Origin: Octopus sinensis
Lineage: Eukaryota
Length of the DNA: 64,000 nucleotides
NCBI RefSeq assembly: GCF_006345805.1
Contig: NC_043004.1
Span: 2,728,001-2,792,000, forward strand
Reading direction: 5' to 3'
Shown in pieces: positions 52,673 through 64,000 of this stretch; the stretch's first letter is position 1; every line of letters starts with the position of its first letter. Under the pieces are notes generated by a model. It was not told the origin of the DNA. It was given only the letters and a program-made list of their open reading frames with translations, and did not search any database. A program made the translations under genes and the position numbers.

Positions 52673-54041
52673 TAAATGAAAGTCGATCATTGTTAATGAA
52701 TGAAACTCGATGTTTTCACTTGGTAATTAAACTACCATCGAATTATAGCAGTTCGAGTCTGCCCTCAGATGTCATTTTTACTGAACATGATTTTATGATT
52801 GAGCAAGCGTTTAATGAAAATCTTTTCAAAAGTAAGTCCTTATGTTTGCAGTAACTGTATATGAGTATAAATATAGCTTTCTCCTTTTTTTAGAACTATA
52901 ACAATGTGATATGAGGGGAATTTAGCTACTATTTCAGGATATCATCGGGTGACTATATCCCATCGTTAGCTCTATACGTTCCACTGATAAGTGAGACAAA
53001 AATAATGGTATCCATTTATAAATTCAAATATTTTAAAACCGTGGTGTAAGAGAAAGCAGATTTGGCTACTCTTTCTAGCTTTTTGAGCCACCCCATGGAG
53101 GTTCTTTCATTGACTCGCTAGTTTTGTGGGGGTTTTTTTTATATTTTTATTTTCATTATAAAGGCCAAATTGTATTCTCATGTCCATAGAAACGATTGTG
53201 TCTGAAAATGGTATTTGGTAATTTCAAAACTGTATAAAATGTTTTTTGTGTTAGCATGTATTTATTGAACGATTAATTGTGACCGATATAATCTGAAAAG
53301 AAATTATGAAACAAAACCTAAAATTTAAGTCAACAAAGAACAAAAAACAAGAGCAACAATTCGCATATTTGTATAATTGTATATTAAAATACTTCTTAAT
53401 CTGTTCTCACCTATTGTTCCACCAGGTGGCTATAGTAAGCCGAGCGACAGAAAGAAAGAATATTATTCTCCCACGGTAATGCTGATTTCTCAAATTATTC
53501 CTACCTTACTTGCTAAACAAGATCCATGAGTATTATATACGGCATCTCCATAGTTTTTCAGCCTTTGATAAAGATAAGAACTTTTGTTTCAGATCTCATT
53601 CTTTTGTTTCTAATCTAAAACAAAATCTGAATAAATTGAAATCTATCCGTCACATTTGTGCCCGACTTTCTGGCCAATTATAACGTAAATATTTTGCTCA
53701 AATCGTTTCAGAAATTACAAATATATTTTGACACATTTTGCAGTTTTAAAAAGAAATGATTTTGCGTGAAACCAGTAAAGAGGATCGAGTCCTTTTCTGT
53801 AGGTGCTTGTGTGAGCATAGGAAATAAATCTTCGTCAAATACCAGTCTATGATTAAGAAAAAGGAGCAGAGTGGATAGTGTAGTCCTACCTGGACTACGT
53901 CAGAAAATTAAGACAAGGTCATTAGTGCAATACTAGCAAAATATGTATATTAAATAAACCCGAATACCCCAGTTAATTTTATGAATCTCCTATACAATTC
54001 AATTTTAGTAACTGCACCACAAATATATTATTATATATAAA

Positions 54042-54098
<57 letters not shown>

Positions 54099-54110
54099 CA
54101 CACATAGATA

Positions 54111-54185
<75 letters not shown>

Positions 54186-54979
54186 GTATAAATATACTTA
54201 TATATATGTATATCTATATATATATATATGATGATTGCATCATCTTGACAAGCCGTCCTATCAACACGCTCACCACACATCTTTGCCCTTTGGAATCTGA
54301 TTCTGAATGAATGTTTTTGGGAACTAGCATTGTGTCTTTTAAGTCCAGATATTGTCTTAACAGATTTTTGGCGTATGACACAAGTCTTGAGAGACGTATG
54401 ACACAAGTCTTGGTGTCCAAGATCATCAGCTATCTAGGCATTACGATTTGCATGTGACTTCATATGATTCATATATATCTATGTATACATACATACATAC
54501 ATACATACATACATACATACATACATACATACATACATACATACATACATACGCACGCGCGGAGCGGGGTGTGTCGTAAAAGCACTTGTATTTATACCGT
54601 TGGCACTTGGGAACCGTCTGCTGCGACCGCCGGAACTGGTAAATCACGTGATGTTCTGTTTTGCACATTTCAGTGACAGACATCCGGTCAGGTCATAACA
54701 GCCGAATGTCCGATCGACATTGACCTGTCAGGCACTGATGTCGCTAATAGCCAGTGGGCTTATTAGAAAACAATTAATAAAGACAGAAGTAGTTTTAATA
54801 CCAAATGCTAATCTTTATCTCCAGCTTAGCGTTGACGTTGTGTTAAGACAAAGCGCACTGCGTTATTTACCTTGAGAAGATCTCTCATAAGAGATATTAG
54901 ATTTCATATGAAATTTAATTTTTGTATAACAGAAATTATTCTTTCATGTTAGCATTTTTATGTATGGGTCTTTTGCTCT

Positions 54980-55216
54980 CTCTTTACTCTTTTACTTGTT
55001 TCAGTCATTTGACTGCGGCCATGCTGGAGCACAGCCTTTAGTCGAGCAAATCGACCCCAGGACTTATTCTTTGTAAGCCTAGTACTTATTCTATCGGTCT
55101 CTTTTGCCGAACCGCTATGTTACGTGGACGTAAATACACCACCATCGGTTGTCAGGCGATGTTGGGGGACAAACACAGACGTACAAACATATACACACAC
55201 ATACATATATATATAT

Positions 55217-55256
<40 letters not shown>

Positions 55257-55590
55257 TTATACGATGGGCTTCTTTCAGTTTCCGTCTACCAAAACCCACT
55301 CAAGGCTTTGGTCGGGCCGCGTCTATAGTAGAAGACACTTGCACATGTTTCCACGCAGTGGGACCGAACCCGGAACCATGTGGTTGGTAAGCAAGCTACT
55401 TACCACACAGCCACTCCATTCTGAAAGTGGGCGGTTTCAACTTACAAGTGGGCGATGGGCTAACTTCTAGAAAATGGTGGCCGATTTGAGATTCTGGTGG
55501 GCGACATGAACATTTTGTGGGTGACAATGAATTTTTAGAAATGAAGTGGTTGGTAAGCAATCTACTTACCACACAGCCACTCCTGCGCCT
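54980..55590 (-). mobile_element. SINE family A, full length, with a 128-bp insert and 38-bp duplication in its head
   Basis: Close to the family consensus. 55380-55417 is repeated at 55546-55583. Confidence 0.92.
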
Positions 55591-55894
55591 AATCCTTGTT
55601 CATTACAATTGTTTACTAATAAATGAAAATAAAAAAGCCAGTACATCAGATCAGCAGAACATCATCGTTGCAACAACCGTTCTACTCTAAATATACACAC
55701 AAAATTCATTCTTTGCAAGGAGAGCATTGGACAAATAACATTTGATTGGTGAGTAAAAGGTAAACATCGAAGTAAAGATAGACTGTGCCTTCTTTAGTTT
55801 TTGTTTTAGAAAAAACTGTTAGATAGAAATCCAGAGATTTACCATTCATAAATTAAAACCCAGTAACAGGAAGTAATAACAAGAGAGAAAGAAA

Positions 55895-56190
55895 GAAATT
55901 GCCCAAGCGACCTCAACATTAGTTTCAGAATTCATATTAAGCTAGGACCACGTGTCATACATCCCCTAAACAACTCAGGATCACAACACATGAATACACT
56001 ACAACACAATTTCTTTTCCTAAACAGGCCCTGCCCTATTTAACATTGTCCCAAAACAAATCAAAGAGGAAAAGATGCCATCACCTTTAAACAGAATCTGG
56101 ACAAATTTCTTCAAGGGATACCAGGAAAGCCACCCTTAATGGATACAACTCAACAAGAACTCCCTACTCGAATAGACCATGATACCACAA
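55895..56190 (+). mobile_element. CR1-type LINE 3' end remnant
   Basis: NCPSDLNISFRIHIKLGPR...GPALFNIVPKQIKEEKDAITFKQNLDKFLQGIP resembles the CR1/L2-group ORF2 C-terminus (FK..LD.FL). Confidence 0.7.
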
Positions 56191-56351
56191 AACGAGACAG
56201 ACCTATCTTTGCTCGAAACATACACAAGATATATATATATATATATATATAATATATATATAATATATATAGAATATATATATATATATATATATATATC
56301 TATATATTATATATAATATATATAGAAATAATATATATATATATATTATTT

Positions 56352-56568
56352 CTTATTCCTTTTTACTCGTTTTAGTCATTTGACTGCGGCCTTCCTGGGG
56401 TACAGCTTTTAGTCGAACAAACCGACCCCAGGACTTATTTTTTGTAAGCCTTGTACTTATTCTATCGTTCCCTTTTGCCGAATTACTAAGTTACGGGGAC
56501 GTAAACGTACCACGAACGGCTGTCAAGCGATAGAGTGGAGACAAACAGACATACACAAATACACACAG

Positions 56569-56613
<45 letters not shown>

Positions 56614-56748
56614 AGATGAGCATCTTTCAGTTTCCCTCTACCAAATCGACTGACAAGGCTTTGGTCAGCCCGAGACTAAATAAGACACCACATGGTTGGG
56701 ACCATGTGGTTGGGAAGCAAGTTTCTTACCACAGCCACACTTGCGCTT
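56352..56748 (-). mobile_element. SINE family A with an internal deletion
   Basis: Tail, internal microsatellite and head are present; part of the CORE-like block is missing. Confidence 0.88.
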
Positions 56749-56989
56749 ACGTGCGTTTGTGTGTGTATGTGTGTGTGTGTGCGCGCGCGCTTATATATGT
56801 GTTTCTTGTTAAATTTTTTTGTTTAGCTCTTCTTCTACAGAAGGAGTTGTAATGAAAGAAAGAAGACCGACCGTGAAGTTTTACAGGCTGAACTTTAAAA
56901 TACTCTCGTATATTTTTACTTCTCTGCGCACAGATTATATTTATAGAGTATTTGCTCTAACTGGTCGCTTTCGTTACCTGAAACAGCTA

Positions 56990-57590
<601 letters not shown>

Positions 57591-57943
57591 TCAGTGCAAC
57601 ATTTATTAACCTATCAAGTACATCTATGATTATAGGTAGACATGTAGACCAGTGTATGTAAGGAATATCAGAAGTGAACATTTACATAAAGAAACTTGAA
57701 GACTTCAGAAATAAATCAAGATATGATAGTTTTCTTTGATCATTCAGATTTATAGTCAACTAAATCAATATCCGGAATAATCGAACATGTTCGAACATAT
57801 ATGCAACCAGCAGTTATTGCCGTTTTGCCTGCGAACATGAAATGACCAAAGCAATATGCTACTGTACAACCGTTGTATAGGCTTTGAGTTCAAATCAGCG
57901 TACAAGTATCGCTGGCGTATTTCAATATTATACTAAGGTAAGA

Positions 57944-58352
57944 GCGTCGAGCTGGCAGAATCGTTAGCACGCCAGGCGAAATACGTAGCCGTATTGCGTC
58001 TGCCATTACGTTCTGAGTTCAAATTCCACCGAGGTTGACTTCGCCTTTCATCCTTTCGGCGTCGATTAAATAAGTACCAGTTACGCACTGGGGTCGATAT
58101 AATCGACTTAATCCGTTTGTCTATCCTTGTTTGTCCTCTCTGTGTTTAGCCCCTTGTGGGTAGTGAAGAAATAGGTATTTACCTGCCGCTACGTTCTGAG
58201 TTCAAACTCCGCCGAGGTCGACTTTGTGTTTCATCCTTTCAGGGTCGATTAAATAAGGACCAGTTACGCACTGAGGTCGATATATTCGACTTAAACCCTT
58301 TGTCTGCCTTTGTCCCCTCTATGTTTAGCCCCTTGTCGGCAATAAATAAATA
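57944..58352 (+). mobile_element. SINE family B dimer
   Basis: Head GAGCTGGCAGAATCGTTAGCACGCC; junction GAAGAAATA|GGTATTT at about 58165-58180. Confidence 0.92.
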
Positions 58353-59595
58353 AGTATTATACTTAAGGAATACTGCTGGGGTTGTTGTTAGATCTAAACA
58401 GTATAATCGCTCTTTCAGCTAAACAAATCTTACATTAATTCGATCCATTCCCATAAGGTATGGATTTCTCAATTATTTTCCATCTAATAACGTGTGATGT
58501 TTCGTTATCTTCCAAACGTAGCTAGCCAACGTAGTAGCTTTACTTTTCTCCCTATAACAGAAGGAGGCTATGCTATTAACATAGCGATTTTTATATTCGC
58601 CTTCAGATAATCCAATATAGGTTTTCTTATCAGTTGTATTATTATCGAGGGTTGTAGTAACTTCTTCCTCATATATGATAGATTTAGTCATACATCGTTG
58701 GTCAAGTGGACAGGATCCTGCGTCACCTCAGTTGCAACTGGACTTCAGCTCTTGGTATTGACTACGTGTAATGATGTCCTTCATATTGGGGCAGCAGCTA
58801 TATGATAATTTCACAGAACGCCTATTAAATATTCTTTTCTATTCTAGGCACAAGGCCCGAAATTTTGGGGGAGGGGGACAGTCGATTCGGTCGACCTCTG
58901 TATGCAACTGGTACTTAATTTATCGACCCCGAAATGATGAAATGCAAAATTGACCGCGTTGGAATTTGAATTAAGAACGTAAAGACAGACGAAATACCGA
59001 TCAGCATTTGCTAACGTTTCTGCCAGCTTACCGCCTTAGAAAGCCTATGAAATATTTAAATATATCTGTGAGTTGCTGGAAAGTGTTTGTCTAAGAGAGA
59101 AAGGAGTCTTTTGTCTATGTCAGTTTTTGTATTAAAGGAAAAGGGAAGGGCTAACAAAATAATTTTCCTTTGCCTATTCTTAGGTTTCTTATTATTGTTA
59201 TTCTGATTAATACTACAGGGATTATGTATTACTTTATGTTTGATGCCACTAGATTTATTATCAATATTTTGATCATTATAATAAGAAAGAATATATATTA
59301 ATTTATCTTTGAAGCAACTATTGGCTAGGGCATTGCTATAATAGGGGGAAGCTTTCTCAAAAGTTTCTTTAGAAGAAGAGAGGTTACACACTGTGTAACT
59401 AATATTAGCTTTGAGGCTTTTAAATATTACAGGAAGGTGACAAGATTGTTTATGTATATATGCGAGTTTCTTATTTGGGCTTATGGAAAGGTTTATACGA
59501 GGAGGAGTTTAGATCTAGGGAAACATCTAAATAATCAACTATAGAGAGATTAGTAGCTACTATAATTTTAAATCGACTCAGAGATTTTGGTCAAT
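58353..59595 (-). mobile_element. Penelope-like element: RT C-terminus plus GIY-YIG endonuclease, decayed
   Basis: TNLSIVDYLDVSLDLNSSSYKPFHKP; NLSSSKETFEKASPYYSNAL; RQRKII..PFSFNTKTDI..LLDKHFP; KLSYSCCPNM; CPLDQRCMTKSIIYE..KTYIGLSEGEYKNRY; RWKIIEKSIPY..CKICLAE. Confidence 0.92.
58834..59036 (-). mobile_element. SINE family B inserted in the Penelope-like element
   Basis: Degenerate 19-bp TSD AGAA(C/A)GCCTAT(T/G)AAATATT at 58815-58833 and 59038-59056. The Penelope frame resumes on both sides. Confidence 0.9.
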
Positions 59596-59597
59596 CC

Positions 59598-59703
59598 GAG
59601 AATATAGTAGAAGACATTTGCCCAAGGTGCCAAACAGTGGGACTGAACCTGGAATCATGTTATTGGGAAGCAAGCTTCTCACCACACAGCCACTTTTGCA
59701 CCT
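59598..59703 (-). mobile_element. SINE family A head fragment
   Basis: TAGTAGAAGACATTTGCCCAAGGTGCC...ACCACACAGCCAC. Confidence 0.88.
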
Positions 59704-60481
59704 GCATCTATATCTGTGTGTGTATATATATATTCACACACACATATACACAAACACTCTCTCACATACACATACGCACACACACAGACACACATACGCA
59801 CACACACAGGTTTTTTTTTTAAAAAAGGCGCAGAAAATACATAAAGGAACAAACAAATATGGAAGCTAAAATTCCTAAAGCCCATGGAGTTGGCGTTGAA
59901 CGCATGACTTCCTATACACGCTAAATTGGGATACATAACTCAAGATCAAGTATGTGGATAGTCTTACGTGGAAAGAACGGACTAAACAGAACAGAAGGAG
60001 ACATTTGGACGGAGAGTCACAGGATGTGTGACGTAAGTTTTCCTGATAAAGAATAAAAAATAAGAACAATAATAAATTTGAAGTGAAGAACGAATATATA
60101 ATACGTTTGTTTATATGGCAAGAAAAATTACCGTCCCGAAATGTAACAACATACATATATACACGACTCTATATTAAAAAAAATAGCTTTAACATCTATC
60201 TTCAGAACAAAAAACTGAACTTTGTGATGTTTTGAGCAAAAAAGCATATATCAAAAAGGCCATTTTAAAATAGATTATATTACAGAAAGTTGAATGCGAT
60301 TTGAATATGTAGATCTGCAATGAGATAATCGCAAATGTTACGAGAAGTGCTATTTCACGAAACTTTGCGACAGCGATAGAATTTCATAAAGGTATTTGTC
60401 TATTAAATACTTATTTTAAACGTCGTGAATTACAACAAGCGGTATACAACAATATTACTACATATATATATATATATATAT

Positions 60482-60514
<33 letters not shown>

Positions 60515-60789
60515 AAGTAGTAATGCAATACGAGAGTATTGCTTTCCAGTAAAGAATAGCCCGTGAGGGAAAATTATACATAGAAGTAAATATATGGCAC
60601 AACGAAGTATCGATATTTACTGGAAAATAGCGAACGTAATAAATACGGCGCTAATGTATAGATTCACCGCGTATGTACTAGCAAAAATGCGTGTGTGCAA
60701 CAAACTTGAAAAAAATTGTCTTACCTCCAGGGAGAACATCTGAAAGGTGAAATACCTAGAAAGGGATAATGTGGGACCGGTTTCAGATT

Positions 60790-60833
<44 letters not shown>

Positions 60834-60835
<2 letters not shown>

Positions 60836-61033
60836 CAACAAGGATATCCAAGGTAGTGTAGTACAATCGTTTCATGCTACTTCATTCTATTAAACACTAA
60901 GTATTACATCAGTTTTAAAATGTCGAGGAATCTTCAGCTCGACATTTTCAAACTGATGTAATATTTACAGTGTTTAATAAAATGAAGTAGCATGAAACGA
61001 TTGTACTACACTACCTTGCATATCCTTGTTGCT
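60834..61033. mobile_element. 200-bp near-perfect palindromic MITE flanked by TA
   Basis: Arms 60834-60927 and 60938-61033 differ by 4 substitutions and one 2-bp indel, with a 10-nt loop: TA|AGCAAC...GTTGCT|TA. Confidence 0.88.
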
Positions 61034-61140
61034 TATTTTGATTATAATCATCCCATGGATTTATATGGATAACACGATGCCAAATTCTGATGCCTTTAAC
61101 TTAAGTACCATATTCCTCTGAATCTAAATTTTGCTGAACT

Positions 61141-61176
<36 letters not shown>

Positions 61177-61249
61177 GATAAGAATTTGTTGTTGAAAGTG
61201 CACCTGAATTTGACAAACTAGTAATTGTTTTTAAGTAAATTTATTTACA

Positions 61250-61438
61250 TACATACCAAACTAGTTTCAACAATTTTTTGTTTGTCAACGGTAAAAGTTT
61301 AAAGTTGCGAAGAATACATCCCTCTTTTGATATATATTGATATATATACATACACACAGACATACACACACACACAGACACATATATATATACACACACA
61401 CAGAGAAAGAGAGATAGATATATATACATACAAACTTC

Positions 61439-61529
<91 letters not shown>

Positions 61530-61541
61530 TACATAATATAC

Positions 61542-61585
<44 letters not shown>

Positions 61586-61856
61586 TATATATATATATGT
61601 ATTATATATATTTATATATATATATATAATTTATTTGTGTGTGTGTATGTGTGGTCATATATGTTTGCGCAATATGTGCATATATATATAAAAACTTACT
61701 AGAAATATACCTATTCTTAAATTCACACACACACACACACACACAAGCACATATATGTATATATGCATATGAATATAAGTTTACCGCAAGAATATTTCAC
61801 AGCCCTACGTGCTCTCGAACATATGGATACGTATACATATACATATATATATATTC

Positions 61857-61887
<31 letters not shown>

Positions 61888-61888
61888 G

Positions 61889-61928
<40 letters not shown>

Positions 61929-62240
61929 GTGAATGCACACACACACATATAATATATATATATATATATACGCAGCATATGTGTATGTATGTTTGTAAGT
62001 GTCTATATATGTATGCACGTATGTATGTGTGTGTGTATGTATGTATAAACTAATTTTTTCTAAGCCAAACCAGTTTCGTGGGTCAGGTAAAAACTAGTCT
62101 GATGCAAGAGTCAAACGAACGCTCACGCAACTGGAGACACCCACCTTCACACACGAAACACGCACACACTCACACACGCCCTGGCGCGCGCGTGCGTATG
62201 TGTGTATGTGTGTATGTGTGTATGTGTGTGTAAGTGTGTG
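61250..62240. repeat. (TA)n/(CA)n/(TG)n compound microsatellites
   Basis: Direct reading. Confidence 0.92.
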
Positions 62241-62835
62241 TAAGTGTGTGTGTGTGTCTCGTATACTATGACAGTGTTGTCAGTCTACGAACATCTTCAA
62301 TAATTACTTTGTTATATTGTTTATGTTGAGAAGACACTTGTATTAAAAGCCTACAAATTGTGGTGAGTATTATCTGCAGACTTCCATGATATTCAGTAAT
62401 GCTTATGTCCAACTCCTTGTCTGTTTTCGATGGAGGAATTGGTATGATTGAGCAGACATTTACATAACGGTACTCAAAGGAATGATAATCTAATTTGGAA
62501 TGGCCTCATTTGAAATCAGAATAAAATTCAAATAATTAACATTCCACGAAATTCACATATCAACAATATATTCTATTAACATGATATGGTAAGTGATTAA
62601 CACTTCATGATATCGGTCGATGATGACCAGTCGGTTTTTATGATCAACTAAATTCATATTCGTAAAACAAGTAAGCATCGGAATATCCGACAGATAAGTA
62701 TACCCTCGCGTTAGAAAAGTGCTCCGCAACCGTTTTTCACTTGTGGTACACTTATATTCTTTTCTAAATTTGGTGCCATACATGAACTAAAAATATAATT
62801 AAAAGCATTGGGGAAAAGATTATATTTAGGTTACA

Positions 62836-62882
62836 CTGCGGCACACTTAGCATCGTCTCGTGACACACTAGTGTGCCGCGGC
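62836..62882. mobile_element. Internal palindrome typical of hAT MITE remnants
   Basis: GCGGCACAC...GTGTGCCGC. No termini found. Confidence 0.4.
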
Positions 62883-63269
62883 ATTATTAGTTGTGGTGCA
62901 CTACGTTAGAATATGGCGAGGCTCAACCTTTGGGTTAATGCTTCAATTCAGAGAGAAAGAATGAAAAGGAATCTACTGCAGAATGAAAGAAATTGACCTA
63001 ATATAATATTTGCGCTTTATTTATCGACTCCAGAACAATGCTAAAAGAAGACTTCGGCTCGGGAGTGCTTGAATTCACAAAGGGACACATATCTCGACAG
63101 ATATCGAACGGCACTCTTATCCGACGTTCTGCTAATTTGCCACCTTGTTCCACAATATTGTATCGCAGCTGAAGTATATATAATTGATATTGTATTAAAA
63201 GAAATAATTCACTACTCCTTATATTAAGCAAGGCAAATTATTCTCATGGTGCTCCAGTCCTCTCTGCTG

Positions 63270-63450
63270 ACAAAACTGAACAATACCTGTATTTGAAAGA
63301 GCCAGGCTTGTCCCATTCTGTGTCATGCCGAATCTCCCTGAGAACTCCGTGAAAGGTGAGCGTGTCTGTGAAGAGCTCAGCCCCTTGCACGGGTATTTCA
63401 TGATCGGGTCGACTGGAAACCTCATTGTCGCAACAGACGGAGTGTCAGTA
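63270..63450 (+). mobile_element. SINE family C, degenerate 3' part
   Basis: CCTGTATTTGAAAG...GTGTCTGTGAAGAGCTCAGCC...GACGGAGTG. Confidence 0.8.
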
Positions 63451-63649
63451 GATTGATTCACAAGCAAGATCTCGTGTTACTTTATTCCCTGGGGGGGAAA
63501 TCTTTCATCTTACCTTTACGATTAATACCTGTCGAATTGGTTTAATCATATCACATACGTCTCCTTCACTGAAAATATTGTTTGTTTTTTGTTTTTTTTT
63601 GCGAACCGTTTAACTACGTTGATGTTGTTGGCAAGAACACATATCATTG

Positions 63650-63830
63650 ATTGGCGGATCTACCAGACCTAACTGGAGACAAGATATTCCTGGCGTGGCA
63701 TGAAGAAACGCCTCGAAAACGGCCGCTTTAATAAGAACAAGGCGTTTAGGAAATCCACAAAAGGTGTAGAGTATGCGACACCGAGGACAATACAGAAAGA
63801 AAGATTTGGAAAATACAAAATTGACTGAGG
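63650..63830 (+). mobile_element. Possible Gypsy integrase zinc-finger remnant
   Basis: LETRYSWRGMKK and, in the adjacent frame, IHKRCRVCDT resemble RYxWPGM..C..C. Short and weak. Confidence 0.25.
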
Positions 63831-64000
63831 AACAGAAGAAATGGCATGAGAAAGTTGTGTCTCTTGTTGTGCGCTTATGGCGTCATAAAATATGGATTTT
63901 GATTTATTCATTCATCGAGTCAAAAATGAAAATATGCGAGGATCTCGGTTAAGGTAAATGTAAGTTTTATTCTTCGATGAAGTCATTTTACTACAAGCGT

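Noticed and set aside
54372-54412. 18-bp direct repeat CGTATGACACAAGTCTTG with 23-bp period
   Set aside because: Only two copies, an ordinary slippage duplication.
62270-62370. Strong donor GTG|GTGAGT at about 62363
   Set aside because: All frames from the nearest plausible acceptor contain stops, so there is no supportable coding exon.

Overview
This is AT-rich, microsatellite-saturated eukaryotic DNA, most consistent with an octopus (coleoid cephalopod) intronic or intergenic region. That assignment is an inference from the SINE families and the density of simple repeats. There is no intact protein-coding gene, rRNA, genuine tRNA or CRISPR array, and almost every ORF in the track is a microsatellite or SINE translation artefact. 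The window holds three abundant tRNA-derived SINE families (labelled A, B and C here), including dimers and multimers with clear target-site duplications (TSDs). It also holds decayed retroelements (R4/Dong-like, HERO/NeSL-like, Penelope-like with GIY-YIG, a CR1 3' end), mariner/ITm fragments, a hAT MITE and foldback/palindromic MITEs. The most unusual observations are: (1) a repeat family carrying a hammerhead-ribozyme-like fold with a consistently non-canonical core; (2) a dimeric SINE with the same junction at four loci; (3) a perfect inverted SINE duplication; (4) a SINE-Penelope junction present twice; (5) a microsatellite-free island of decayed coding-like sequence with a foldback insertion; and (6) one good candidate host exon. 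Family names come from motif recall, not from database searches, and many boundaries are approximate to about 10-20 bp.
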